DNA of 64,000 bases, from the NCBI GenBank assembly GCA_036339415.1, contig JAYZBB010000046.1, positions 2,937 through 66,936 on the forward strand, given 5' to 3'. This document shows, in pieces, positions 56,578 to 64,000 of this stretch. Below the pieces are notes generated by a model. That model was not told where the DNA came from, did not search any database, and saw nothing but the letters and a program-made list of their open reading frames with translations. Positions within the stretch are counted from its first letter, which is position 1; the number at the start of each line of letters is the position of its first letter. The DNA comes from Bacteroidota bacterium (lineage in GTDB: Bacteria; Bacteroidota; Bacteroidia; Flavobacteriales_D; Sanyastnellaceae). A program made the position numbers and the translations under genes.

Positions 56578-57515
56578 ACACGGGCCGCGTGATGCGGACC
56601 ACGGGGTCGTGGTACGACGTTTTGAATGAATCTGGCGACATCATTTCTTGTCGTCCGGCAGGTAAGCTTCGACTCAAGGGCTATCGATCCACCAATCCAG
56701 TGGCGGTTGGAGACATCGTTGATTTTGTGTTGGTGGAGGATGGCACCGGTGTCATCGAAGTCATCCACGACAGGAGCAATTGCATCATCCGCAAGTCAGT
56801 GAACCTGTCTCATGAAAGCCACGTTGTTGCGTCCAATTTGGACAGGGCATTCTTGGTCATCACCTTGTCCGCGCCAAGGACGAGCACGGGATTCATGGAT
56901 CGATTCCTGGTCACCGCGGAGGCTTATGGCATTCCCACCACAATCGTCTTGAACAAGATTGACGCCCTGTCGGCAGGTGAGCGAGACGTTGTCAAGGGCC
57001 TGGCCGCAACCTACCGTGACGCCGGGTACAGTTGGCTCGAAATCAGTGCCCATACCGAGGAGGGGCTTGACGATCTCCGGTCTGAATTGGCCAAAGGCGT
57101 TCATGTGCTGTCAGGTCATTCAGGTGTGGGCAAAAGCACGCTCATCAACAAACTCATTCCTGGCTTGGAATTGAAGACAGCGGAGGTTTCAGAATCTCAT
57201 CACAAAGGGAGGCACACAACCACATTCGCAGAAATGCATGCGCTTCCAAATGGTGGGTTTTTGGTGGACACGCCCGGCATCAAGGGGTTTGGGTTGGTCA
57301 GCTTGGAGCGTGAAACCCTGCATCACCACTTCCCAGAATTTTTCAAACTCTTGCCGGATTGCAAGTTTCACAATTGCATGCATCACAAGGAACCCGGTTG
57401 TGCAGTGCGTGCGGCTGTGGAAGCGGGCTTCATTGCTGAAAGTCGTCATCACAATTATCTCGAAATGCTCCAAGAATTTGACGGTGGGCCCTACCGAGAC
57501 GCCTTGTACAGATGA
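56574..57515 (+). CDS. rsgA: Ribosome small-subunit-dependent GTPase A
   Basis: OB-fold N-terminus (GSWYDVL...), circularly permuted GTPase motifs (NKIDAL, GHSGVGKSTLIN), and a zinc motif (CKFHNCMHHKEPGCAV). The start is either GTG 56574 (GTGA overlap) or ATG 56592. Confidence 0.92.
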   Translation: MNTGRVMRTTGSWYDVLNESGDIISCRPAGKLRLKGYRSTNPVAVGDIVDFVLVEDGTGVIEVIHDRSNCIIRKSVNLSHESHVVASNLDRAFLVITLSAPRTSTGFMDRFLVTAEAYGIPTTIVLNKIDALSAGERDVVKGLAATYRDAGYSWLEISAHTEEGLDDLRSELAKGVHVLSGHSGVGKSTLINKLIPGLELKTAEVSESHHKGRHTTTFAEMHALPNGGFLVDTPGIKGFGLVSLERETLHHHFPEFFKLLPDCKFHNCMHHKEPGCAVRAAVEAGFIAESRHHNYLEMLQEFDGGPYRDALYR

Positions 57516-57527
57516 ACTGAGCGTGTC

Positions 57528-58316
57528 TCAGATGCGAGAACATCTCAGGCCCGTTACGCGCAAGTGCTCGCTGTTGTAACGAAGGCGCTTTCCTTGCAGA
57601 TCCACCACGTCAATGCCCATGCCACGCAAAATGGCATCGCCTGCGGCGCAGTCCCACTCCATGTAGGGCCCGGTTCGTGCGTGGATTTCGGCATCACCAG
57701 TGGCGAGCAAGCAGAACTTCAACGCGCCACTGACCGGCCTAGCGACCACCTCAGATGCATCGATGTGTGGAGGCACGAGGTCAAGGAGTTTGGCTTCTTC
57801 CATCCACGACGTCACGAGACGATAGGGACGTTGGATGGGAGAGGGGTGGACTTTCTTCACCCTGGATCCATCGAGGGGTGCGAGTTGCACGGGCACGCCG
57901 ATTCCACCCAAATACATGCGGTTGGACAGTGGGTCAGCCACCACTCCAAAAATGGGTCCTGTTTCATCGCACAGCGCGATGTTGACGGCAAAACCAGATC
58001 GGCTTTTGAGGAAAGACTCTGTGCCGTCAAGGGGATCGACCAACCAATAGCGAGTCCAGTGTTTTCGATCCTGGTATTCAGGTGCTGCCGCCTCCTCACT
58101 GAGCATGGGCGTGCCCAGCGGTGCAAGGGCATTTTGAATCGCTGTTTGCGAAGCGAGGTCAGCATTGCTGACCAATGAACCGTCGGCTTTTTCCGAAATC
58201 CCCAAATCCTGATCGCTCTGTGGCAGGGCACTGAGCAGCACCCGCGCGGCAGCACCTGCTGCGCGAATGGCGGCTTGTTGCTCTTCAGGAGTCGCTTGAG
58301 ACGGAGCGTGGTGCAT
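57528..58316 (-). CDS. Inositol monophosphatase family protein (3'(2'),5'-bisphosphate nucleotidase CysQ-like)
   Basis: IMPase-family motifs (MLSEE..., WLVDPLDGT, EWDCAAGD). The start was trimmed to ATG 58316, because the listed extension runs through the riboswitch region. Confidence 0.8.
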   Translation of the reverse strand: MHHAPSQATPEEQQAAIRAAGAAARVLLSALPQSDQDLGISEKADGSLVSNADLASQTAIQNALAPLGTPMLSEEAAAPEYQDRKHWTRYWLVDPLDGTESFLKSRSGFAVNIALCDETGPIFGVVADPLSNRMYLGGIGVPVQLAPLDGSRVKKVHPSPIQRPYRLVTSWMEEAKLLDLVPPHIDASEVVARPVSGALKFCLLATGDAEIHARTGPYMEWDCAAGDAILRGMGIDVVDLQGKRLRYNSEHLRVTGLRCSRI

Positions 58317-58344
58317 GGTGGTCGAAGGTACGCTACATTTGCAC

Positions 58345-58420
58345 CGACGCAGGGGTGCCGCACGGCTGAGATGAGACCCTTTGAACCTGCCCAGATCATC
58401 CTGGGAAGGGAGCGAACATC
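58345..58420 (+). ncRNA. TPP (THI-box) riboswitch aptamer
   Basis: CGC-AGGGGUGCC-GCAC-GGCUGAGA-UGAG-ACCCUUUGAACCUG-CCCAG-AUCAUC-CUGGG-AAGGGA-GCG. All hallmark THI-box elements appear in the correct order (GGGGUGC, CUGAGA, ACCCUUUGAACCUG, a P4/P5 hairpin, AGGGA), and a CGC/GCG P1 helix closes the aptamer. It lies 64 nt upstream of the receptor ATG. Confidence 0.85.
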
Positions 58421-58483
58421 GACCTTCCATGGTGTCGATTCTGGACCTTACGGTCTTCTGTGTCATTGAAAATCAATCAAGTG

Positions 58484-60802
58484 ATGACACACAAACACAC
58501 CCTCATGCGCACCTTTGGTTCAATCCTCTTCATGGGATTGATGTCGATTTATGCCAACCAGCTTGAAGCCCAACTTGACATTGACACTTTGGAAGTTTCC
58601 ACGGCAACCATTTCGGCCGTTCAAGCGGGAGAGTTGGATCCCTTTGCCACGTCAAGCCTCGGAGTCGAGGACATTCGCAAACAAGATGCTGCGCAAGACG
58701 TGCCCTTTTTGCTCAGGCTGACACCTTCCGCGGTCGTGACGTCTGACGCAGGACATGGCATCGGATACACCGCCCTTCGCATCCGTGGTGTGGACCAAAG
58801 TCGCATCAATGTCACCATCAACGGTGTCCCTTTGAACGATGCAGAATCGCAGGGTGTGTTCTGGGTTGACTTGCCAGATTTGGGCAGCAGCATGACTGGG
58901 TTGCAAATCCAGCGTGGGGTGGGAACAAGCACCAATGGTCCAGCAGCATTCGGAGCAACGGTGTCGGTCAACACTCTGGGCACATTGGCAAAGCAGGGAA
59001 TCCGTGCTGTCATTGGTGGAGGATCGTTTGGCTCGCAGCGCCGCACACTTGCGTGGAACACTGGCATGCTCGACGGTGGATGGTCGTTTGAGGGAAGGGC
59101 GTCACGCATCCTGTCGGAGGGGTGGCTCGATCGGGCGACGAGCGACTTGAGTTCCTTGTACGGCCGTGTGGCCAAACGTTGGGAAACGGGTCGGTTGTCG
59201 CTGACCACAACCCTAGGTCATGAACGAACCTATCAGGCCTGGGCCGGCGTGCCTCAAATTGTCGCCGATCCAAAGTCTACTGACGAGGACATCCTCAATT
59301 GGGTGCAGGGAAGTGGCGAGTATGACTACGGTGCGGATACGGTTCGCGTCAACGACTTGCTGGAGCGTCGTGCCCAGCACAACTACTACAGGTACGAAAA
59401 CGAAGTCGACGACTACAGACAAGACCATTTTCAGTTGCACATCGACCAGACGATGGGAGATTGGGAGTTTGGCGGAGTGGTGTTTGGCACCTTGGGTTCG
59501 GGCTTCTATGAGCAATTCCGTCGAGGGGATGATTTGTCGAATTATGGGTTCAATCCCGTTGTGACGTCTGTTTTGGACACCGCAGGAGTCTTTTTGGGGG
59601 CTGACACGGTGTTCACCACAGACGTGGTCCGCCGGCGTTGGCTCGACAACACACTGCTGGGTTCGTCTTGGACCATGAGCACATCCACAGATCATGTGAA
59701 TCACGTGTACGGCATTTCGAGTTCGACATACAATGGGGATCACTTTGGAGAGTTGATCTGGATGAGTGCAGACGCAGGGGCCCAACCTGGTGACGAGTAC
59801 TACAGATCGGTGGGCAGAAAGAACGACCTCAGTTTGTACGGCAAATGGTCTGGAATGTGGGAGGAGCTTCGTTGGCACGCCGAGGCCCAATGGCGTCAGG
59901 TACTTTATTCAACGAGCGGTCGTGACAACGATTACAGCGCCATTGACATCACCGACAACTTGTCGTTCTTCAACCCCAAGGCAGGTCTTACCTACCTGCC
60001 TTCTGATGATCGAAAGGCCTTCATTTCCCTCTCGGTTGCCCACCGAGAACCTTCACGGGCGGATTATCTCGACTCCCCACAAGGCACGCCATTGCGTCCA
60101 GAGCGCTTGGTGGATTTGGAGGCCGGAGGAACCTTGCGCGGCGACAACTGGGCCTTGGGTGCGACCCTCTACAACATGGCCTACAAAGACCAACTTGTGT
60201 CCACCGGATTGCTCAACGACGTTGGCAATCCTGTGAGGGTCAATGTGGAAGACAGTTACCGCCGTGGCTTGGAACTCGAAGCAGGCATGCAGTTGACGCC
60301 TGAGGTTCGTTTGGATGCCAATGCGACGTTGTCCGAAAACAAAATCACGAACTTTCAAGAAGTCATCTATGACTACGGCACTGGAGTTGATTTCGTGAAC
60401 GTCGTAGATCACACAAACACAGACATCGCGCTGTCACCTGGCGCAGTCGCAATGGGCATGTTGACGTGGGAAGCACCGGCAAACAGTTCCATTGCTGGCG
60501 TGTCGGTCAGCTTGATTGGCAAGCACGTGGGGCGACAATTCCTGGACAATACAGGGAACAAGGGCCGTTCTCTGGACCCCTTCACGACTTTGGATGCTGT
60601 CATTCGCGGTGAGCGCTCTTTGCCATCAGGACAAACCGTGGTGCTCTCCCTCTTTGGCAACAACCTTTTGGATGCGGTCTACAGTGCGACGGGGTGGACG
60701 TACAGTTACCGTTTGGGAGGTCCCTCGTCAACAGTCACTGAAAACTACGTGTACCCACAGGCAGGTCGACACGGCTTTGTGACTTTGGCGGTGGAGTTTT
60801 AA
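58484..60802 (+). CDS. TonB-dependent outer-membrane receptor (candidate thiamine or thiamine-precursor transporter)
   Basis: Signal peptide (MRTFGSILFMGLMSIYANQLEAQ), plug-domain motifs (LRIRGVDQSRINVTINGVPLND), a long beta-barrel, and a C-terminal ...TLAVEF. It follows the TPP riboswitch directly. The start is ATG 58484 or 58505. Confidence 0.9.
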   Translation: MTHKHTLMRTFGSILFMGLMSIYANQLEAQLDIDTLEVSTATISAVQAGELDPFATSSLGVEDIRKQDAAQDVPFLLRLTPSAVVTSDAGHGIGYTALRIRGVDQSRINVTINGVPLNDAESQGVFWVDLPDLGSSMTGLQIQRGVGTSTNGPAAFGATVSVNTLGTLAKQGIRAVIGGGSFGSQRRTLAWNTGMLDGGWSFEGRASRILSEGWLDRATSDLSSLYGRVAKRWETGRLSLTTTLGHERTYQAWAGVPQIVADPKSTDEDILNWVQGSGEYDYGADTVRVNDLLERRAQHNYYRYENEVDDYRQDHFQLHIDQTMGDWEFGGVVFGTLGSGFYEQFRRGDDLSNYGFNPVVTSVLDTAGVFLGADTVFTTDVVRRRWLDNTLLGSSWTMSTSTDHVNHVYGISSSTYNGDHFGELIWMSADAGAQPGDEYYRSVGRKNDLSLYGKWSGMWEELRWHAEAQWRQVLYSTSGRDNDYSAIDITDNLSFFNPKAGLTYLPSDDRKAFISLSVAHREPSRADYLDSPQGTPLRPERLVDLEAGGTLRGDNWALGATLYNMAYKDQLVSTGLLNDVGNPVRVNVEDSYRRGLELEAGMQLTPEVRLDANATLSENKITNFQEVIYDYGTGVDFVNVVDHTNTDIALSPGAVAMGMLTWEAPANSSIAGVSVSLIGKHVGRQFLDNTGNKGRSLDPFTTLDAVIRGERSLPSGQTVVLSLFGNNLLDAVYSATGWTYSYRLGGPSSTVTENYVYPQAGRHGFVTLAVEF

Positions 60803-61548
60803 CCCCGCAGGCGCAGCTCGTCGAGCACGGCGGGTTGTTGTTCCACGACTGACCCGATGACGGCGCACGTGGCTCCTGCGTCCCATGCGCGCTCCAGGTC
60901 GTCTTGGCACGAAAGCCCACCGCCCACAATCAAAGGGAGGCTCACCGCATCTTTGATTGCACGGATGGTGTGTTGAGGGATGGGTGTGCCTGTGCCGCTT
61001 CCAGCATCCAGAAACAAGCAACGCAACCCGAGCATTTCTCCTGCCAATGCAGTTGCGACGGCCAAGTCAGGTTTGGCCAATGGAATGGGAAGGCTGTGAG
61101 ACATGTATGCGGCAGCCGTCAAGGGAGGATCTCCGATCAGCATGTATCCTGTTGGAACCGTCTCGAGGTCGAGACGGGCGATGCTCGGGGCTGCTTCTAC
61201 GTGACGACCGATCAACAATTCGGGGTTCCTGCCTGAAATCAAGCTGAGAAACAACAAGGCATCCGCCTCTCCTACGACTTGTGTGGTGGCTCCAGGAAAG
61301 AGGACGACAGGGAGTGAAAGTGCACGTTTCAATTCTTGGACCACGCGTTGGGTGCTGTTCTGTGCGACCAGGCTGCCACCCACAAACAGATCTGTTGCGT
61401 CGCTCGAATTGATTCGGTTGACAAGGTTGAGCCATGCCTTGCCTGAAGGAGCGTCCTCCGGATCGACCAACACTGCCAAACGTCTCGCCCCTTCTCGCGC
61501 ATCGGAGGTCAATGCATCCAGCCATCCCTTGTGTTCAATGCTAGCCAT
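60799..61548 (-). CDS. Geranylgeranylglyceryl/heptaprenylglyceryl phosphate synthase family protein (GGGPS/PcrB)
   Basis: TIM-barrel pattern of the family: LVDPE..., FVGGSLV, VLFPG, DAGSGTG and a C-terminal LIVGGGL phosphate-binding motif. Size ~249 aa. Confidence 0.8.
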   Translation of the reverse strand: MASIEHKGWLDALTSDAREGARRLAVLVDPEDAPSGKAWLNLVNRINSSDATDLFVGGSLVAQNSTQRVVQELKRALSLPVVLFPGATTQVVGEADALLFLSLISGRNPELLIGRHVEAAPSIARLDLETVPTGYMLIGDPPLTAAAYMSHSLPIPLAKPDLAVATALAGEMLGLRCLFLDAGSGTGTPIPQHTIRAIKDAVSLPLIVGGGLSCQDDLERAWDAGATCAVIGSVVEQQPAVLDELRLRG

Positions 61549-62410
61549 GTTTGGGTTTCAAGATAGCGTCAGACAACATTTCGATGGTGTCGGCATGTCG
61601 CATCACATGCCCAGAATCGATTTGCAAAAAGTGAACGTGTTGGTTCGCCAGTGTGCGCCAAGGGTCTGACCAATGCCATGGGATGATGGCGTCACGCGCC
61701 CCAAAAAACACCCAGATGTGGATGCCTCGATTGGGCAAGTCACGCCAGGCGCGTGCTGTGATCGTGTGTGAGGGCCAAAATTCACGGTGCGTCTTCCACG
61801 TGTTCGAAACCAATTGACGCATGGCATGGTCTTCCGTGTGGTGCAGCGCGAAATGTTCGAGGTGCGCGGGAATGACACGGCACCGTCGCAGCCCGCGAAT
61901 GAGACTGCGCACAGCTTCGGCATGCCGGTCGACCAACGTCCAACATGCACGACCCACGCTCGTTTCAACGGCAAACCGGTACATCGCATTTTTTTTGAAC
62001 CCATCTGGGGCGAGGAGAACCATGCCCGACCACGATTGAGGCGCCCGCTCGAACAATGTCAGTGACAGCCTTCCGCCCAAGGAATAACCGAGAAGGTGTT
62101 TGGGCAGTCGTCCCCACCCCAACTCATCAAGCCATGCATCGACGGCTTTTTGAAGCATGGAGGGTTTCAGTACGGGAGGATCCGATGTTGGGACAGGGAC
62201 AGTGCTGCCGTTTTGATGCGAAATGCCGATGGAAAGCATGGCCGTGTTTGGTTCGAACAGGTTCAAATACACGCCCATTTCAGACATGGGACGTCCAAAT
62301 CCGTGAAACGCGACCACCACTTGGCTCGGGTGCTGGCAAGAAAACGTCAGGCCATACCAAGTCCAACCGTCCATGTCAAAACGGGTTGGCTGCGGGGTGG
62401 TTTGTTCCAT
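61541..62410 (-). CDS. Alpha/beta hydrolase fold protein
   Basis: VVAFHGFG oxyanion region, GYSLGG nucleophile elbow, and a C-terminal DSGHVM histidine motif. The start was trimmed to ATG 62410 (MEQTTPQ); the rest of the listed 610-aa ORF is antisense to carB. The stop overlaps the GGGPS start by 8 nt. Confidence 0.8.
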   Translation of the reverse strand: MEQTTPQPTRFDMDGWTWYGLTFSCQHPSQVVVAFHGFGRPMSEMGVYLNLFEPNTAMLSIGISHQNGSTVPVPTSDPPVLKPSMLQKAVDAWLDELGWGRLPKHLLGYSLGGRLSLTLFERAPQSWSGMVLLAPDGFKKNAMYRFAVETSVGRACWTLVDRHAEAVRSLIRGLRRCRVIPAHLEHFALHHTEDHAMRQLVSNTWKTHREFWPSHTITARAWRDLPNRGIHIWVFFGARDAIIPWHWSDPWRTLANQHVHFLQIDSGHVMRHADTIEMLSDAILKPKHG

Positions 62411-62584
62411 GCTCACAGCACAAAGGTCGCGTCGTGGGTTTCTTGTGGAAAACCGTGTACCTGGAAAGTGAGGCAAAGGGGTGAGTCTTCGTGTAATTTT
62501 GCCGCGTTCCACAACGTTTGGTCTACCCTTTGTTGCCCGAATGCTTGATTCCAAAAAAGATTCAAGTGCTCGGATAAAAAAAAA

Positions 62585-64000
62585 ATGCCCAAAGACAACA
62601 GCATCAAGTCGGTCCTCATCATTGGCAGCGGACCGATTGTCATTGGACAAGCCTGTGAATTCGACTACTCTGGAAGTCAAGCTTCCCGCAGTTTGCAAGA
62701 AGAAGGCATTGAGGTCACCCTCATCAATTCGAATCCAGCCACCATCATGACCGATCCGGTCATCGCAGACCACGTGTACCTCGAACCGCTGGAGCCGGAG
62801 TCCATCGTCAACATCCTTGAGAAGCACCCCAACATTGATGCAGTGTTGCCGACCATGGGGGGGCAAACCGCGTTGAACCTTGCCATTCAATGCGAGGAAA
62901 TGGGCATTTGGGAGGACCACAACGTGCGGATGATCGGGGTGGACACCAAAGCCATCGACATCACGGAAAACCGTGAAGCCTTCCGCAAATTGATGGGTGA
63001 AATCGATGTGCCGATGGCGCCACAGTCGACGGCAAAGAGCTTTTTGGAAGGCAAGGAGGTGGCCCAACAATTTGGATATCCGTTGTGCATCCGTGCCTCT
63101 TACACGTTGGGAGGTGCCGGTGCGGCTGTCGTCTACGACAAAGATGCCTTCGAGGACAAATTGCAGCGTGGATTGCACCTCAGCCCGATTCACGAAGTGA
63201 TGATCGACAAGGCGCTGCTCGGGTGGAAAGAATTTGAGCTCGAGCTGTTGCGCGACTCCAACGACAATGTGACCATCGTTTGTTCCATCGAGAATTTCGA
63301 TCCGATGGGCATCCATACGGGAGACAGCATCACCGTGGCGCCGGCCATGACACTGAGCGATGCCACGTTCCAACGCATGCGTGACATGGCCATCAAGATG
63401 ATGCGAAGCATCGGTGACTTCGCAGGTGGCTGCAACGTCCAGTTCGCCGTCTCTCCTGACGAGAACGAAGACATCATTGCGATTGAAATCAACCCTCGCG
63501 TTTCACGCTCTTCGGCCCTCGCATCCAAAGCGACGGGTTACCCCATCGCCAAAGTGGCGGCCAAGTTGGCCATCGGCTACCACCTTGACGAGCTCAAGAA
63601 CCAAATCACAGGCAACACCTCTGCCATGTTTGAGCCTACGCTCGACTACGTGGTCGTCAAAATCCCTCGCTGGAATTTTGACAAGTTCCCAGGCTGCGAC
63701 CGTGAATTGGGGCTGCAGATGAAAGCTGTAGGTGAGGTGATGGCCATCGGCCGTTCCTTCCAGGAGGCCCTCCAGAAAGCTTGCCAATCGTTGGAATTGA
63801 AGCGCAACGGTTTGGGCGCAGATGGACGGGAGCTTCGCGATCAAGATGCCATCATGCAAAGCCTCAAGCACGCATCTTGGAACAGGTTGTTTCACGTGTA
63901 CGATGCGTTCAAGTTGGGCATGCCGTTCAGAAGCATCTTTGAAGCGACCAAAATTGACCCTTGGTTCCTCCGTGAAATTGAGGAACTCGTGGTGTTCGAA
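62585..64000 (+). CDS. carB: Carbamoyl-phosphate synthase large subunit, 5' part (runs off the window)
   Basis: This ORF is not in the ORF track because it has no stop in the window. Translation from ATG 62585 gives MPKDNSIKSVLIIGSGPIVIGQACEFDYSGSQA...LLGWKEFELELLRD...IEINPRVSRSSALASKATGYPIA. The frame stays open to nt 64000. Confidence 0.95.
   Translation, partial: MPKDNSIKSVLIIGSGPIVIGQACEFDYSGSQASRSLQEEGIEVTLINSNPATIMTDPVIADHVYLEPLEPESIVNILEKHPNIDAVLPTMGGQTALNLAIQCEEMGIWEDHNVRMIGVDTKAIDITENREAFRKLMGEIDVPMAPQSTAKSFLEGKEVAQQFGYPLCIRASYTLGGAGAAVVYDKDAFEDKLQRGLHLSPIHEVMIDKALLGWKEFELELLRDSNDNVTIVCSIENFDPMGIHTGDSITVAPAMTLSDATFQRMRDMAIKMMRSIGDFAGGCNVQFAVSPDENEDIIAIEINPRVSRSSALASKATGYPIAKVAAKLAIGYHLDELKNQITGNTSAMFEPTLDYVVVKIPRWNFDKFPGCDRELGLQMKAVGEVMAIGRSFQEALQKACQSLELKRNGLGADGRELRDQDAIMQSLKHASWNRLFHVYDAFKLGMPFRSIFEATKIDPWFLREIEELVVFE

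Noticed and set aside
62576-62584. A9 tract immediately upstream of the carB ATG as a regulatory or slippage element
   Set aside because: A-rich leaders directly upstream of start codons are the normal translation-initiation context in Shine-Dalgarno-poor Bacteroidota. I see no further structure that would suggest an attenuator.
62411-63373. Upper two-thirds of the listed 610-aa minus ORF (61541-63373)
   Set aside because: This part is antisense to an unmistakable carB reading frame. The alpha/beta hydrolase homology begins only at Met 62410, so the remainder is an open shadow frame.

Overview
The window looks like a core chromosomal region of a Bacteroidota genome, Flavobacteriia-like in gene order and roughly mid-50s % GC by eye. 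It is densely coding, with many 1-nt or 4-nt start/stop overlaps between genes.

Main content:
(1) The 3' part of a very large secreted cysteine-rich repeat protein (1-2910).
(2) A complete division/cell-wall (dcw) cluster on the minus strand: mraZ-rsmH-ftsL-ftsI-murE-mraY-murD-ftsW-murG-murC-ftsQ-ftsA-ftsZ-yqeY (6360-22558). Four 10-bp-phased GTG boxes that look like a MraZ operator lie upstream.
(3) Gliding/type IX secretion genes: gldC-gldB, porP/sprF-gldK-gldL-gldM-gldN, a short GldA-like ABC ATPase, and one cargo protein with a T9SS C-terminal sorting domain.
(4) Housekeeping genes: engB, nadE, dtd, mazG-like, purL, rluD, ABC-F, topA, miaB, a receiver-less sigma-54 activator, lptE, secG, groES/groEL, rsgA, cysQ-like, and the 5' part of carB.
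(5) A TPP riboswitch in front of a lone TonB-dependent receptor.
(6) A GGGPS/PcrB-family prenyltransferase gene that overlaps an alpha/beta hydrolase gene.

I saw no rRNA, tRNA, CRISPR array, IS element, integrase, toxin-antitoxin pair or recognisable defence island. I do not see a convincing new multi-gene system here.

The leads most worth a second look are:
- the modular DSYGDGW / CTD-NY-DDGSC repeat protein, which ends in a lone dockerin-like Ca loop instead of a T9SS tail;
- the riboswitch-receptor unit, which has a helix that can sequester the start codon;
- a sigma-54-like -24/-12 element upstream of groES, about 2 kb from the orphan activator;
- the GGGPS-hydrolase pair;
- a YceI gene split by a single in-frame TAA.

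The ORF track labels GTG and TTG starts as M. Several listed ORFs are therefore over-extended at the 5' end, and I trimmed them to conserved N-termini.
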